Of a DNA stretch of 64,000 bases, positions 51,420-64,000 are shown in pieces. The notes under the pieces are model-generated. The model had not been told where the DNA came from. It searched no databases and was given only the letters and a program-made list of their open reading frames with translations. The DNA lies in NCBI RefSeq assembly GCF_009914755.1, contig NC_060925.1. One strand, written 5' to 3'. The number at the start of each line of letters is the position of its first letter. The stretch's first letter is position 1. A program made the position numbers and the translations under genes. This DNA comes from the human T2T-CHM13v2.0 reference genome, Homo sapiens.

Positions 51420-51750
51420 TGTTCTCTTAGTCTGGGACACTCTTGTCCAGATTGACAAAGGGCTTGCTTCATTCAGATCTGCTTAAATGTCTGCTCCTCA
51501 GAAAGGTCTTTCCTGACTACTCAATCTAATAGAGTAGCCTCTATCACCTTCATCCCCTTAATGTGCTTGATTTTTCATCAAAGTGCTTACAACCTGATAT
51601 CATATTACTCTTGTGTCTGTTTATTGTCTGGCTCTTTCACTAAATGCAAGCTTCATGAACATATCCATTTCACTGTTGTACCTTTAGTGCCTAGAACAGT
51701 GCTTGATACATAGTGGATATCAGAGAATTACTCATTAAATGAATGAATAA
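51420..51750. mobile_element. L2 3' fragment
   Basis: Ends in the L2-type tail 'gtgcctagaacagtgcttgatacatagtgg...aaatgaatgaataa'. Confidence 0.7.
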
Positions 51751-51764
51751 CTGCTCTATGCCCT

Positions 51765-52130
51765 TGAAGATTGCACTGGCCATTAGCGCTGATTGCCAAA
51801 TATTTCCAGCCCTTTCCCCTTCTGAGCACAAGGTAGAATTTTACATCTGCTCCTGTTTGTAGAGTGGGGTCATATGACTAGTTCTGGCCAATAAGCTGTG
51901 AGCAAAAGTGACTGGAGCTTTTAAATGCTGATGTGGGATCCTCCAGGCTCTCTCAATCTCCCTTTGGCACAGTGACTGGCAATATTAGACATGGTGAGTC
52001 TGATGAGAAGAGAGCACCTGCCAACCTGCAAAAGGCATGTAATGTGAGCGAGAAAGGAGTCTGTTATTTCAGGGCACTCAGCTGTGGAGCTTATTACTAC
52101 AGCATAACCTAACTTGTCCTGACTCTTACA
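51765..52130. mobile_element. MLT1-like MaLR LTR
   Basis: 'atgactagttctggccaataagctgtgagcaaaagtgac' and terminal 'ttactacagcataacctaacttgtcctgact'. Confidence 0.65.
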
Positions 52131-52727
52131 GTGATTCCATGTAGACAGTTGTGCAACTGTCAGAATCCCTGGGAGTTCCCTGAAAGCTTCGGGGATTTCA
52201 GGCGACTTCAGACGCCTCAAAGTCAAACAAAACCAAAAATGTCCCCTTCAGGAAGTCAGGCCATGTTCTGTCCTTCCGTTTTCCTTCTTACTAGGGAACT
52301 TGGGGAGGGAGGCTGGGCGGCAGCAGTTAAACAACTCACCCAATGGGAAAACCAGCACGCTCTGGGACCACCTCTGAAGTGATCTCACACCCTGACCACA
52401 CACTCTAAACTCACTGTCATAATCCTTCCCCTTGGTCAAAAATAAAAGCAGCACACCCACTCTGCTGGGAGTGAGTCACAAACAGAAAAAAGTCAATGGG
52501 TCTGAGCCAAGAGGATCTACTAACAAGGGGAAAGATCTCCCAGTGGAGGTGTTTCAGCGGATGCTGCGGTCTTACCCTTGTAGCCTGGATGACCAGACAG
52601 ATCAAAAAAAATGTTAAAGTCCAGGCATCTGACACTACCCCAGCAATGTCCTGAGCTTATAATGAGACTAGAGTTTCTTTAGCACTTCTTCCCTGGGGAA
52701 GAAGGAATACTCTGCTGTTCATGTGGG

Positions 52728-52760
52728 GTGTGTGTGTCTGTGTGTGTGTGTGTGTGTGTG
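52728..52760. repeat. (TG)n
   Basis: Read directly from sequence. Confidence 0.9.
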
Positions 52761-53771
52761 CATGGGAGCAAGAAAGAAGTCTATGTGTGTGTCGTGGGTT
52801 GGTGGGGAAATGCTATTTCAAGGAAGAAGGGGACTGGGCTGGGAAAACTGGCATCAGAGGAGACATGCCCCAGCCAGGGAGCCTCACATTGAGGTTAAGA
52901 AGGGCAACTGCCCGCCCCAACTCTAATTTCTTGGCTCAAGGAGATGAACTTTAAGATAAACTTTATGATAAATTTTTTGATTGGTTACATGGAGTTATAT
53001 GATTAATATCTCCATTTTCATCTCTTTTCCCACCCCAGAAGCCAAATATAGGGCTCTGGCCCTGCACAATCTCCTCCCACATTCATGCTAAGAGCAGCCA
53101 CTGCCACTCCACCAAATCAGAGCTGCAGGAGGAAAACAAAAACTAGAGCATTTTTCTGTACAGCCCAGACAACTGGGGAAGAGTTTTATGCCTGATGGTT
53201 TCAGATAGCCCTCAGTTTCCCGTGGCCAGAGATGACGCTCCTCCTCATGAGTCTCTCTATCCAGGAAATCTGGGCTGGGCTGCCCAAACCATGCTTTGAG
53301 GCTGCAGGGAAGGACAGAGATGGAGACTGTTAGCAATTATTTCACAAATGGCTTTTCAAAGCCGATCTTCCAGGGATGCACTTGTTGTCAGATCCCTGCT
53401 GCTTCTTGCCCCACCAGGCTGTCACTCAGAGCTCAAGCTGTTTCCATGCCCAGGACCTCACCCACCCACTGCACTCCAGGAAGGGGATGAGTCTCAAGTG
53501 TGTGGAGATGGGTAACAGAGTGTGGACACAGCAAATATTTATATGGAATACAGATTTCTGCAACAACCCCAAGAGAACTGCTTGCAGAAAAAGTGGGAGA
53601 TTAAAATAAGAGACCACAAGGGCAAATTGTATTTTCCCTTTTACACCTTCAGCAGAAAGTATTCAGGAATAGCCCTCATTGGGCTTTTATCTGTCAGGTC
53701 CACTGAAGTACACTTGTCCTGGGGAGAAGGAACAGAGAAGCCCATTCTCAGAATCACCACCTCAGACCTAG

Positions 53772-53955
53772 AGCAATGGTTTTCCAAGTTGGGTCCCTGG
53801 ATCAATAGCATCAACACCTGGGAACTTGCTCAAAATGAGCCATCTCAAACCCCAGCCCCAGACCTATAGATTCTGAAACTTTGGGGATGAAGCCCAATAA
53901 TCTTAACAAGCCCTCCAGATGACTGTGATGCATACCAAGGTTTGAAAACCACTGA
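53772..53955. mobile_element. MER5A
   Basis: Terminal inverted repeats caatggttttccaa / tttgaaaaccactg with MER5A-like body. Confidence 0.75.
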
Positions 53956-54653
53956 TGTAGCAAAAGCAAGGTTAGGAGAGGGAAGAGGAAAGGTAGAGGA
54001 GGGGTGGGGCAGAGGCGGTGGCCTGTGGCTTACACCCCTCATCGGAGCTCCTCTGTTTGGTAGCACTGTGGGGTTGACTGTCCCATGGGTCATTCCTCAG
54101 AAACCACCTCATAGGGTGAGCTCCCGCCTCTGGTGAGCCCCCAGAGCCCCAGGAACCTCTCTTCTGCTACAGATTTGGGAGGCAGAGGACTATGATTACC
54201 GTGAGGGAGAAGCCATGGAGCAAAGCTGGCTGGGAATTCCCTGGCCACTGGACTCTGGAAATCTTAGGAATTACCTAAAAATTACCTCCAAGGGAAAAAC
54301 AAAAAGCAAAAGTGAAGATTCCCCTACGAAGCACTAGGGGGAGACCCATCTCTGGCCTGGGAAGAGAAGGGAGAGACCAGGTCCAGAAGAATTTAGACTA
54401 TTCTTCTAAAAAATGACCACCGCTAGACGGACCAAACCGAACCTGTGTTTTAAGAGGAAAGCTGTGATCACTGAGTCATAATGACGGAGCTGGAGAGTGC
54501 CACGTTAACAACCACCTGTCTCCCCACCTCCAGCCCAATGTACAGTTAACAATACTGGGGCTAGAGAGGGCCAGGGCCCAGGCCCAGGTTCAGAGATCCA
54601 GGAGTCCTCCTTATCCATAAGATGGGCCTGTTTCCATGGGCAAAGGTGCCTGT

Positions 54654-54770
54654 CAGGAACAACTACATAATTTGTGGGAACCAGTGCAAAAAGAAAACGC
54701 CTGGCCCTTTGTTCAAAAAGTAAGACTTTCAAGATGGTGACCGCAGAGCGTTAAACCAGACAAGGGTCCA
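54654..54770 (-). mobile_element. MER45A-like fragment
   Basis: 'ctacataatttgtgggaaccagtgcaaaaagaaaac...ttgttcaaaaa' matches the recalled consensus. Confidence 0.6.
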
Positions 54771-55039
54771 TGAAGGCTTGAAGCAAGCCTTCACGGGGGA
54801 AAGTGCCGGGAGAAAGGAGATCTCTCTTTGGGTCCCATGAGTGAACCATCCATACCAGGTTCCACTTAGGGCATTTAGGGGAACTGGTATCTCCACAGTA
54901 ATTACTAGAGCAGCTCTGGGGAACGGAGGGTTGGCTAAGGAAGAAAAGCTCCCCCAACCCTTGGGGCGAGGGAGCGTTCTCTCAATGGAGCCCCCCCAAC
55001 TCCCCTCCACCCCCCACCAGTCTTCCAGGAAAGAGGAAT

Positions 55040-56300
55040 ACCCTACCCGGCAGGGCTGCGAAGGAAGGGGAAATCCAACCAGAGCGAAAGTCGCACGCGG
55101 ACAGCTCTGCCAGCCCTTGGAGGCATCCGGCGGTCACCCACGGGACAAAGCGCGGCTGCGGGAGCGCGCGCGGGGCATTCCGGACCCGCGTCGAGCTCCG
55201 CTCTAGAGGGGGCGGCGGGCGGCGACAAGCCGGAGAGAGGAAGGGCCAAGGAGCACGGCCCTCCTGTCGGCACCATCAGCGGGAGAGTGGCGAGCGGACG
55301 CCTAGACGGAGGGGCCCTACTCAGACCCCATCGAGCCAGTTCCCAAGCTTTTCCCTCCGACCTGCTCCCTCCCGGGGCGCGTGAGGGTGCGGGTCGGGGG
55401 TGAACCTGGTGTTGGGGAAAGTGATTGGCAAGGGAAAGAGGCAGGGCTGAAGGCCTAGGGCCCCCCGCAGAAATGCGCCCTCTGAGCTGTACTGTACAGA
55501 GGCGCTCCTCTGCGGAATCCTGCAGCTGCTCCAGGTGAAGACGCCCCCAAATCCACACTCGCGCAGACGTCGCCTGGCACGGACCCTACCCCCTTCGGTC
55601 CGTCGGCGGTTCTCTTGGGTCGTCCTTCCTGCCACTCCGACTCTCCCCGCCCCCGCCCCGCCCAGCAGGCTGCGGTTCCTTTAAAGGCGCGCTGGTGTGG
55701 GGCGGCCCCTTCTCTCGGGGCTGGCTCGGGAGTAGCGCAGTCGCCAAAGCCGCCGCTGCCAAAGCTGCCGCCACTAGCCGGGCATGGCCATGGCGTCCCC
55801 GGCCATCGGGCAGCGCCCGTACCCGCTACTCTTGGACCCCGAGCCGCCGCGCTATCTACAGAGCCTGAGCGGCCCCGAGCTACCGCCGCCGCCCCCCGAC
55901 CGGTCCTCGCGCCTCTGTGTCCCGGCGCCCCTCTCCACTGCGCCCGGGGCGCGCGAGGGGCGCAGCGCCCGGAGGGCTGCCCGGGGGAACCTGGAGCCCC
56001 CGCCCCGGGCCTCCCGACCCGCTCGCCCGCTCCGGCCTGGTCTGCAGCAGAGACTGCGGCGGCGGCCTGGAGCGCCCCGACCCCGCGACGTGCGGAGCAT
56101 CTTCGAGCAGCCGCAGGATCCCAGAGTCCCGGCGGAGCGAGGCGAGGGGCACTGCTTCGCCGAGTTGGTGCTGCCGGGCGGCCCCGGCTGGTGTGACCTG
56201 TGCGGACGAGAGGTGCTGCGGCAGGCGCTGCGCTGCACTAGTAAGTGTGAAGGCAGGGGAGGGGCGTGCGGGGAGACCGCAGTCTGGGGGCGAAGGACTG
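55040..56300. promoter_or_regulatory. RASSF5: CpG island / RASSF5 (NORE1A) promoter
   Basis: High GC and CpG density; tandem GC boxes 55645-55663; TATA-like CCTTTAAAGG 55678-55687. Confidence 0.9.
55784..56240 (+). CDS. RASSF5: RASSF5 isoform A (NORE1A) exon 1: Pro-rich N-terminus and start of the C1 zinc finger (HCF...WCDLCG...LRCT)
   Basis: MAMASPAIGQRPYPLLLDPEPPRY...; A|gtaagt donor in phase 1; later exons lie beyond the window. Confidence 0.96.
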
Positions 56301-56502
56301 GGAGGGCCCTGGGGCAGGGAGAGAGGGGCCATTACACTCTTTGGCTCCAGGGGAGCCCCGAACATAAGGAGATAACAACCCCTGGGGACAGTCCGCTCCT
56401 TAGTTCCCTGCCCGGTATCCTTTAGTGCCTGCCCACTACCTAGGTATGGTTATGCGGTAGTTAACAGATACCTGTCTCCTGACAGGTGCGTGCCTTGGCC
56501 CT

Positions 56503-56503
<1 letters not shown>

Positions 56504-56538
<35 letters not shown>
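56504..56538. repeat. (CA)n
   Basis: Read directly from sequence. Confidence 0.9.
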
Positions 56539-56540
<2 letters not shown>

Positions 56541-58454
56541 GCACACAGGTTGTGGGGGGTGGGTGGGTGATGGCCTCGGCGGCCTCTGTCATCTCCCTGT
56601 GCACCCTCATGGTTTTGTTGTGAGTTCTTGGGAGTGGGTTGTGAGACTGCTGTTGAGATGACCGTTTGACCCTTGCTTATTAGGGTTACTGACAAAACGC
56701 TTGTTTGTCCGCCCATGGTACAGGCTCAGACCTCTCCTCCAGGGGGACGTATTGGGACAGGGAGGAGACCTTGTTAGATTTTGGATAAAGGCAGGCTGTG
56801 AGGCTGAAGAGAGCCTGAAGTCACCCTGAACCCGTGCCCCCTCCTGCCTTTCACCTCTGGCCCCTCAAACCTTTGGACTCTGCTCCAATGTTTGGCTGTG
56901 CCCTGCCTCCTCCCCTTCCTCCTCCTGGGTTCCTGCCCTAGTCGTCATGCTCTAACATTACTCAGCTCCTGACAGGGTCCCTTCCTCTCCACAGCCCTCA
57001 GGCCCCTCCAGTCACCTCCTGAGCCAGGCGCTTCTCAAAGCCAGAAAACACTGGGCCCCCAGTGTATAGATTTTCTGAGCCAATCTTCAGTCTCCTTGGG
57101 GGTTTATTATTTTTCTCCTCCTACAGTTAGGGGTGTGTATGCCTTTAATAGGTGTCCACCCTCCACCCCCACCCCGGCATTTGCTCTTGCGTGTTTATCA
57201 GAGGATATCCACAGCCATGTGTTCATGTGTTTACATGGATATTTCAAATATCTGAAGCCCAAAGCACAGACAATGGCACAGCCTCTAACAAGCATCTCTG
57301 GAAATGGATTGTGGTTTGCATCTTTCAGCAAAGGCCCTTCCCCTATGGCAGCAGCCTCACGTCTCCCATCCAACTGCAGCGTTGGACAGCAGCAGTGATT
57401 TCCACATCAGGAAAACCCTACCCTTTTTCTGCCTGCAGTCTGCAGCGGAGGCTGTTCAATGTGCTGCCCGCTGCAGCTGGCTGCAGGGAAATAGAACTCA
57501 GACACTAAGCCTGGGTCAAGTGGAAGGGAAAGATTGGAAGGGCAAGTGGGTGCTGCTCTTTCCTCCACCAGAACCCCCAGTTCAGGTGCTAATTAAGAAG
57601 GAAGGAGTAAAGGTTTGTAGAGGTACATGTTGTGGGTAGAGGGGCTGCTGTCCCTTGGTAAATGCCTTTGACTACAGTAGAATCAAATGCAACTTATCCT
57701 TGGATGTGTTGGCAGCTTTTGCACTTTCAAGATTCCCTTACTGCATCCAACAACCCTACACACAGGGAGAGAGGCAGGAGCCTCACTGAAATGGGTTTTA
57801 TCATAGCTGGAATCCCAGGAAATCTGCTTCGTTGGCATTCTAGTTTGTAGTTAGACTTTGGGGGACTGTATCACTTGTTGAAGATTTTGCACATAGTTTT
57901 GTGATTTTCTTTTTTTTTTTTGGTTTGGTGATAATGGTGCGTTTGTGTGTATTTGCGTGTGCCTGTGTGTGATACTCCATGACTAAATGAATTGATCCTT
58001 ACGTCACATCAGAATTGTCGATCTCCTTTGATTAAGTCATACGTCGTTTCTAGTGGCAGGAAGATCTAGGCCCCCGGGCAGTACCTCTGACTTTGTGTGT
58101 GACTTGGTGAGGTCTTTTTACTTTCCTGGGCGCTCATGGTCCCCCACAGAGTTGGTTTAATGCTAACGATGTCTGAACACTGGAGAGAAAGCAAAACTGG
58201 AATCGAGGGGCTACAGAAAGGAGTCTCTGTTTGTCATGATTAATATTTAACTAATTGTGAACCTATGGCTGGATGGCAAAAGTTGAGAAATGTTCTGATG
58301 TGCAGATGAGGGCTGGCAGGTGGAGACACAGCAGGCCAAACTCGCTGAGCATCTTTCTTTAAGTTGAAGGTCTGATTCCATGGTGAGGTTGCTTTGTTTT
58401 ATCTTCATTTTGAAAAGCAAGTGTCAGAAATAGGACTTTAAAAAAAATCATACT

Positions 58455-58695
58455 ATGCAGTAGTTAAGAGTACAGACTGGAACCAGAGCCCTGGGTTTGA
58501 ATCCTGACTACCACTTAGTCCCCACGTGAGTCCTGGACATCTCTGTGTTCTGCTTCTTTGTTTAAAAAAAATAGGATAATGATATTACCTACTTCATCAT
58601 GTTAATCTGAGAATTAAATGGATTAATATACATAAGGCACTCAGAACAGGGCCTAGCAAAATGCAATACGAATGTTTAATTCGATATGATTGTTA
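58455..58695. mobile_element. MIR
   Basis: 'gtagttaagagtacagactggaaccagagccctgggtttgaatcctgac...gagaattaaatggattaatatacataaggcactcagaacagggcct'. Confidence 0.75.
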
Positions 58696-61600
58696 TTGTC
58701 CCCTCCCATCTAACAGCTGTAACAACTAGTCTGGGCTTGTGACACCTCCTAGGATTACCTTTCGAAGCAGTGAGTACAATTTGCGAACTCTGCCTGGTTG
58801 CTGAGCTAAGTGGGGAAGTGACTGCCATAGACATCCCAGAAAATTTGGGTATTAGGTGTCCTCTAGAAATGCCACTCCTACCTGATGTCCTGCTGTGGCT
58901 GAGGAGACCCTTCTTTGCCTGGCATAGGGGCCACGAAGCCATTGGCTCCTTGTCTTTGTGTTTCTTGCACCCAGCAGAGTGCCAGGCCCAGAGCAGGGTC
59001 TCACTATGTGGTGAGTGATGAAAGTGATGGCTTGTTTGTGCTATTAAATATCCCAGCCCTTGGAAACAAGCAGGAGGGCAGTGGGTATGTGAGTGACATC
59101 TGTCTGCCCAGGAGACTGACACTGGGTGGGAACCATGTTGGCAGAAGGGCACTTTAGTAAGGAAAGCATTTTGGAAAACACTCTTCCCACTGTCTGCCTT
59201 TTTAGCAAAAGTTCATCTAACCTAAGCTTACCCCACTTCAAGGTCTGTAACCAACCTCTGGTTAATGCTGGATTTGTGAACAGGGAAGTTCAGAGTTAAT
59301 ATTAATTTCTAGGATTAAAGAACTCCTAGTTGTGAGATAGAGAAGGAAATCCAGTGGGGATCTGTGGAAAGGCAGAGAGAGAACGAAAGGTCCTGTGAGC
59401 CCATGTGTGTGTTTTGGGGTAGGGGTGATGGTGATGGCGAGAATGCATTTCTAGCATTCTAGGAGGGAATGGTCAACAGCAAATAACCAGAGAAACTCAC
59501 TGGCTGCCCTTTGGCTTTATTCTCAGGGACTTCCCCTTACAGATGACGTCCCTTAGTGTTCCTTCTGTAGAAGGCGCATGGAGGTGGCCTTTTACCTTTC
59601 ATCTCATTTTGGTGGCTGCGTAAGCCATCCTGGACCAGGGGATGGTCTGGCACTTGGAGAAACCTAAGCCTGACTCAAACCCTCCTGGAGATGCTTAGAC
59701 ACACCTTGGCCATTGTCAGTGAATGCCACCTGTCTGCTCCTGGAGTCGGAGTCTCTCTCCAGAGGGGGCGTTATTCAGAGCTGTGAAGTGTTAAGTGATT
59801 GGAATTACATGGTTGAAAGGGAGGCCAACTAACCTCCCCACTCTGTGATAGATTTTAATGATGTGACTACAAGGCCCTGCCATGCAGCCCTCGGGGAAGG
59901 GCACCGGGACTATTCTTATTAAGAATGGCTGATATCTCCCTGGGCCTCTAGTCTGGTCTCTCTAGTCTTGTTGCTACGCTATTGGCTGGGTTCAGCTCCA
60001 CTTTCTGCACTTTCTGCACAGCTGGAACCGCCTGCGTGACAGCCCCCGATCCTGCAGACCCATCCCCCGCTTGTGGGTTCTTTGTGAAAAAGGCTCCTGG
60101 GACATTGGCATTGATTCTTTCTGTAGCAGAGAAAGGTCTTCATTTCAGGCCTCTCAGAAATCATCCTGTGTTGTTCTGGCGGCTTCTGTATTTATTTACC
60201 TTGGGCACTTGGAAGGTATTTGCGCACCCAGCAGCACTGAGTGTGTAGCGTGTGTTTTCCTTGATTTAGCCCCGTGTTTGGCTTTAGAGTTTAAGAAAAT
60301 GAAGCACAGAAATGGAAATTTTGTTGTTAAAGATTGTGAGAATCCCCCACTCCCAAGCCCTCTCCTACCCCTGGCTCTAACTGGGATCTTCTTCTTGGGC
60401 AAGGTCCTGTTGGAGGATGTGTGCGTTAGGGGCCAGGGAAAGGACCTGGAATGCTTTCAAAGAGGCCTTCTGAGCTCCCCACGCTGCAGCCCGTTTTTCC
60501 TCTCCTCCCTGCTTCCTGTCTTATCAAAAGATGAAAGTGAAAGGATTAAATGTGCGCTTAATTTTCCCCACTATTCATCAGAGCATGAAATTTTCTGATT
60601 ATGGAGTGTGGGGGGCTTGAATCCCAGGTACAGTCAAAAATGATTAATGCCACTTGTCTGCCAGCCTAATTAGACTTGGTAATGAACGTGTGTGTTTGCC
60701 TGCTGATCCTGCGGAGTTATTAGGTGGAAGTGAATTGACATCTCCCCGCAGCACTGAGGGTTTGGTCTGATATCCTCTCTCTTCTCCCCAATTCTACCGG
60801 CGAGCCAGCCTGTGCCAAGCCTGGCAGGTAGTCCCTGAGTGACAAAGAAAAGACAGCCCCCAGCCCAGTCCCAAGGGCCCTGCCTCGGTGGGAGAGTGAA
60901 TTTATCCTGTCAGGGAGCTACCTCCTGTGAAGTGTGAGCAGGTCAGGGGCCAGAGGCTCAGGGGAAGCTGCCGCAAGGCCGAACCCAGGTCTGAGAATGG
61001 GCATAAGAAGAATTCTTTGCATGTCAGTAGTGCCTTTTCTCTGAAGAGCCCAAAGTGTTTTCATGCCCGCTGCTACATTCATGCTCAAAATAGTTTCATG
61101 AGGTCAGAATACAGGGATACAGGGATGCTTAGCTCAGCTGAAAGGGAATTACCTGGCCAGGAGTCACCTGCTGGCTTTGCCAGGGACAGTGGTAAAGTTA
61201 GAACCTCTCGGGCGGGCCTCATTCTGACAGGTCTTCAAGGCTTTGGTGCTGTCTCAGGCCCTCAAGCCATTTCCCCCGCTTTGGGCTTCAGAGTCAGCAC
61301 CTCTGTGTGAGAGGCTGCTACCTGAGGTGGGATGGCCATGGGTGGGTCCCAGCTCCTGCACCCCAGTGTTCTCCCACAGGGTTCTCTCTGGCTCCCACAC
61401 CCACCCCTCATTCCTCAGTTTCCCCATGGAGGGCAGCTGCTGGCATTCTTGCTCTGCCCAGGCTTACTATGAAGGCTGCTGAGGAACCTGTAAACACATC
61501 TCTGGCCTCACCAGAGGCCCTTCCTGTTCGCATTCCTCAGATGGCAAGGTGAGTATTCTTGGGTGGGTGAGTATTTGTGGGTGTGCAAAGCATGCAAGCT

Positions 61601-64000
61601 CCCCACCCCCAGCCCTTCTGAGGGAACCATGTTCCTGGGGCTCAGTCAGCACCAGCTGGTATGATTTCCTTCTCACAAGCTTGCAGACCTGGGTCTGTGC
61701 TGGTGGCAGGATGCTTTCTGCCTCCCTGCAGGGTCTCGCTCTGTCTCTGCTGACTCTGGGCACCTGCCCCTCCCGCAGGGCTCTGTTCTGACTCTCCATG
61801 GCTGGGTGGGGAAGGGCTGGCGGCAGCTGGGAAGGCCGGGCCTGACTGGGGAGATGGTTTTGCATTTAGTCATTTTCAGTTTTTTTCCAAGACTTTTGGC
61901 AAGCCTTTCTCCACATGTTCCGGGCTGGATCTCAGGGTCGGAAGGGGAACAGAGCCAGTTTTGGGGCTTAGGGGAAACAGCGAGGAGGCTGAGGTGATGA
62001 CGTTAGACCAGGCAGAAGGCTGGGTTCCCTGGGGGCACTGGTTTAAGTGGAATAAAGTCGGGGCTTGGGAGCAGTCATGGGTTGCCCCACCCCAAGGTCA
62101 AGACTATCTTGAGTCACACCTGGGGAAGTGACTTTTGAGTTTTTTCTGAAGCACTCATAACTATGCTGAGGAGACTTGGGCAGAGCCTGGTAGACCCCAA
62201 GAACTCTCCATGGTGTGGTCTTTGGCTGAAGTGGCCCACAAGGCCATGCCGGGCCTGTTCTAGCATGCCTGTGGTTCCTAGAGTACACAAAGGTTTGTGA
62301 GAGATGTACCCATTGGGAAATCTTTGAGGTTTGATTCTCTTTTTTTACCCTTTTTGGAGAGGAAGGAGGAAGGGCAGTGGGGTCCCTCCTGGCATCATAG
62401 CATGTGTCCAGCCTCCCAGGGGAGAATGCCCCACTTTGGCTGAGGAGTCTGGTGACCCCTGGGAATTGTAGCAGGTTCTAGATTTTCTTTCGGATTTTCC
62501 TACCTATAACTACTGCCCTGGCCCCATTTGAGGGCATGGGGCAGAGGGATCGGGGGGAATGCAAGATGTGCATGCTGAGGGTCTATAAGAGGGGTGGTGT
62601 TGGAAAGAGTAGTCTGTTCATTTTTGTGTGGCACTGAGCAGGTGAGTGGATGGCTGAGTATGACACTTACCTGTGACAGGTTTATTCTTCAGTGGAGGGC
62701 CTATGTGCCACCTTCTGCTCCCCATTCCTGTTTTTTGAACAAACATATTTCCAGGGTGGGGCAGGTCTTATTTAGACATCTGCAACGGCCATTGGCTGGG
62801 GCTGCTAGAAAATTAAAACTTGGCTTACATAGACCTTTAAGAAATCAGACTCCAGGTTCATGAAAGTCAGGCCAAAAAGAAGAGTGATGTTCTTATTTTT
62901 TTAAAATCCTTTTATGTTTTGTTTCTACTGGATGCTAGAGCTGGAAAAGAATTATCATTGTGTTTGCTGAAGATACAAGCTGGCATTCTGTGAACCTGCT
63001 AGGATGAGTATATTCACATGGAATAGGAAGAGTTGAGAATGGCAAAGAAACTGTGGGAGCAGAAATAACTTTTGTTGCACTTGGCTATCACTAAGGCCGT
63101 TTGATGTGCACTGCCTCTGTCAGGATTGCAATTCTGTTTCGTCGGTAGAACTGATGTAATCAGGGCCATCTCATAGATGAGGAAACACAGCATTCAGGGA
63201 AGTCAAATGACTTCGCTAAGATAACCCAGATCATTAATAGCAAAGCCAGCACCAGAACCCAGCATGGCATTTTGCCTTAGGCTAATATCATTGATCACGC
63301 AAGTTAGTTGAGTTTACTTATCCATCTGCTGCCCTTCTGCTGGTGAATGCTGAAATGTCCAAAAAAGGAGGTACAGGAAAAAAAGGGAGGTGAGCCCTAT
63401 ACAAGCTAGAGAATCAGCCAGGGCTGGGTAATTGAGAGTTGGCTCCACTTAAGCCAATTTTCAACAATCAGTTTCTAAATTGATTGTCACCATGTGCAAA
63501 TCATGAGATCTTTAGAAAAAGGGTGAAGTTTTTCCAAATCCTAAGATGAAAGAAATAAGTGTGTCTCTCCCCGCTCCCACCTCACCCCGTAGGTGTTCAG
63601 GGTGTGTAGGGGGTGGGCCTGGAAATGCAGGTGGAGGATCTTTTTCTGTTCCAGTCCTCCTTCTTGCCATGGCCCAGCTCTCAGAGTTCATGACACAGCA
63701 CTAGTCAGGAACCAAAGTGAAATTAACAGACTGGATCCTAGAGGGGACAGCTAGGGTGAAGAAGACATGGATAGGGACTGGACAATAATCTGAAGCTGCC
63801 TAATGGACCTCTGGCTCTAATCTCAGGCAGTGATGTGGCCCCATGAGAAAAAATACATCTGGGGAAACCTCCCACCCCCAAGCCAGCTCTGACTCTCTAT
63901 ATTTCTCCAGGTTCATCTCTTATTTGGGAACAGGTACCATTGCTTACTTTTCTTGCTGATTTGCAGGAGGCTGTTTTTTCTATCCAAGTTGAATGGAAGT

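Noticed and set aside
55043-56375. Several overlapping 100-190 aa ORFs on both strands
   Set aside because: Expected stop-codon depletion in a CpG island; only the 55784 frame is RASSF5.

Overview
Human genomic DNA from the SRGAP2-IKBKE-RASSF5 locus (chr1q32.1); all three genes lie on the + strand. The window holds (1) the last four coding exons (SH3 domain and C-terminal tail) and ~3 kb 3'UTR of full-length SRGAP2; (2) the whole IKBKE (IKK-epsilon) gene, with 2 non-coding and 20 coding exons that I spliced by hand to 2151 nt = 716 aa + stop, plus the mirtron MIR6769B; (3) the CpG-island promoter and first exon of RASSF5 isoform A (NORE1A). The rest is Alu/L1/L2/MIR/MER/MLT repeats, microsatellites and a 22-copy ~35-bp minisatellite. 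There is no CRISPR array or prokaryote-type system, and most ORFs in the track are repeat-derived or chance. Best leads: phase-2-compatible candidate alternative exons in the SRGAP2 tail (a 39-nt in-frame microexon and an alternative last exon with its own AATAAA); an inverted Alu pair around the skippable IKBKE exon 21; a splicing-dependent uORF switch in the IKBKE 5'UTR; an 88-bp Z-DNA/cruciform tract between inverted Alus; and a Leu713 allele of IKBKE. All are sequence-based predictions, and I could not check whether any is already annotated.
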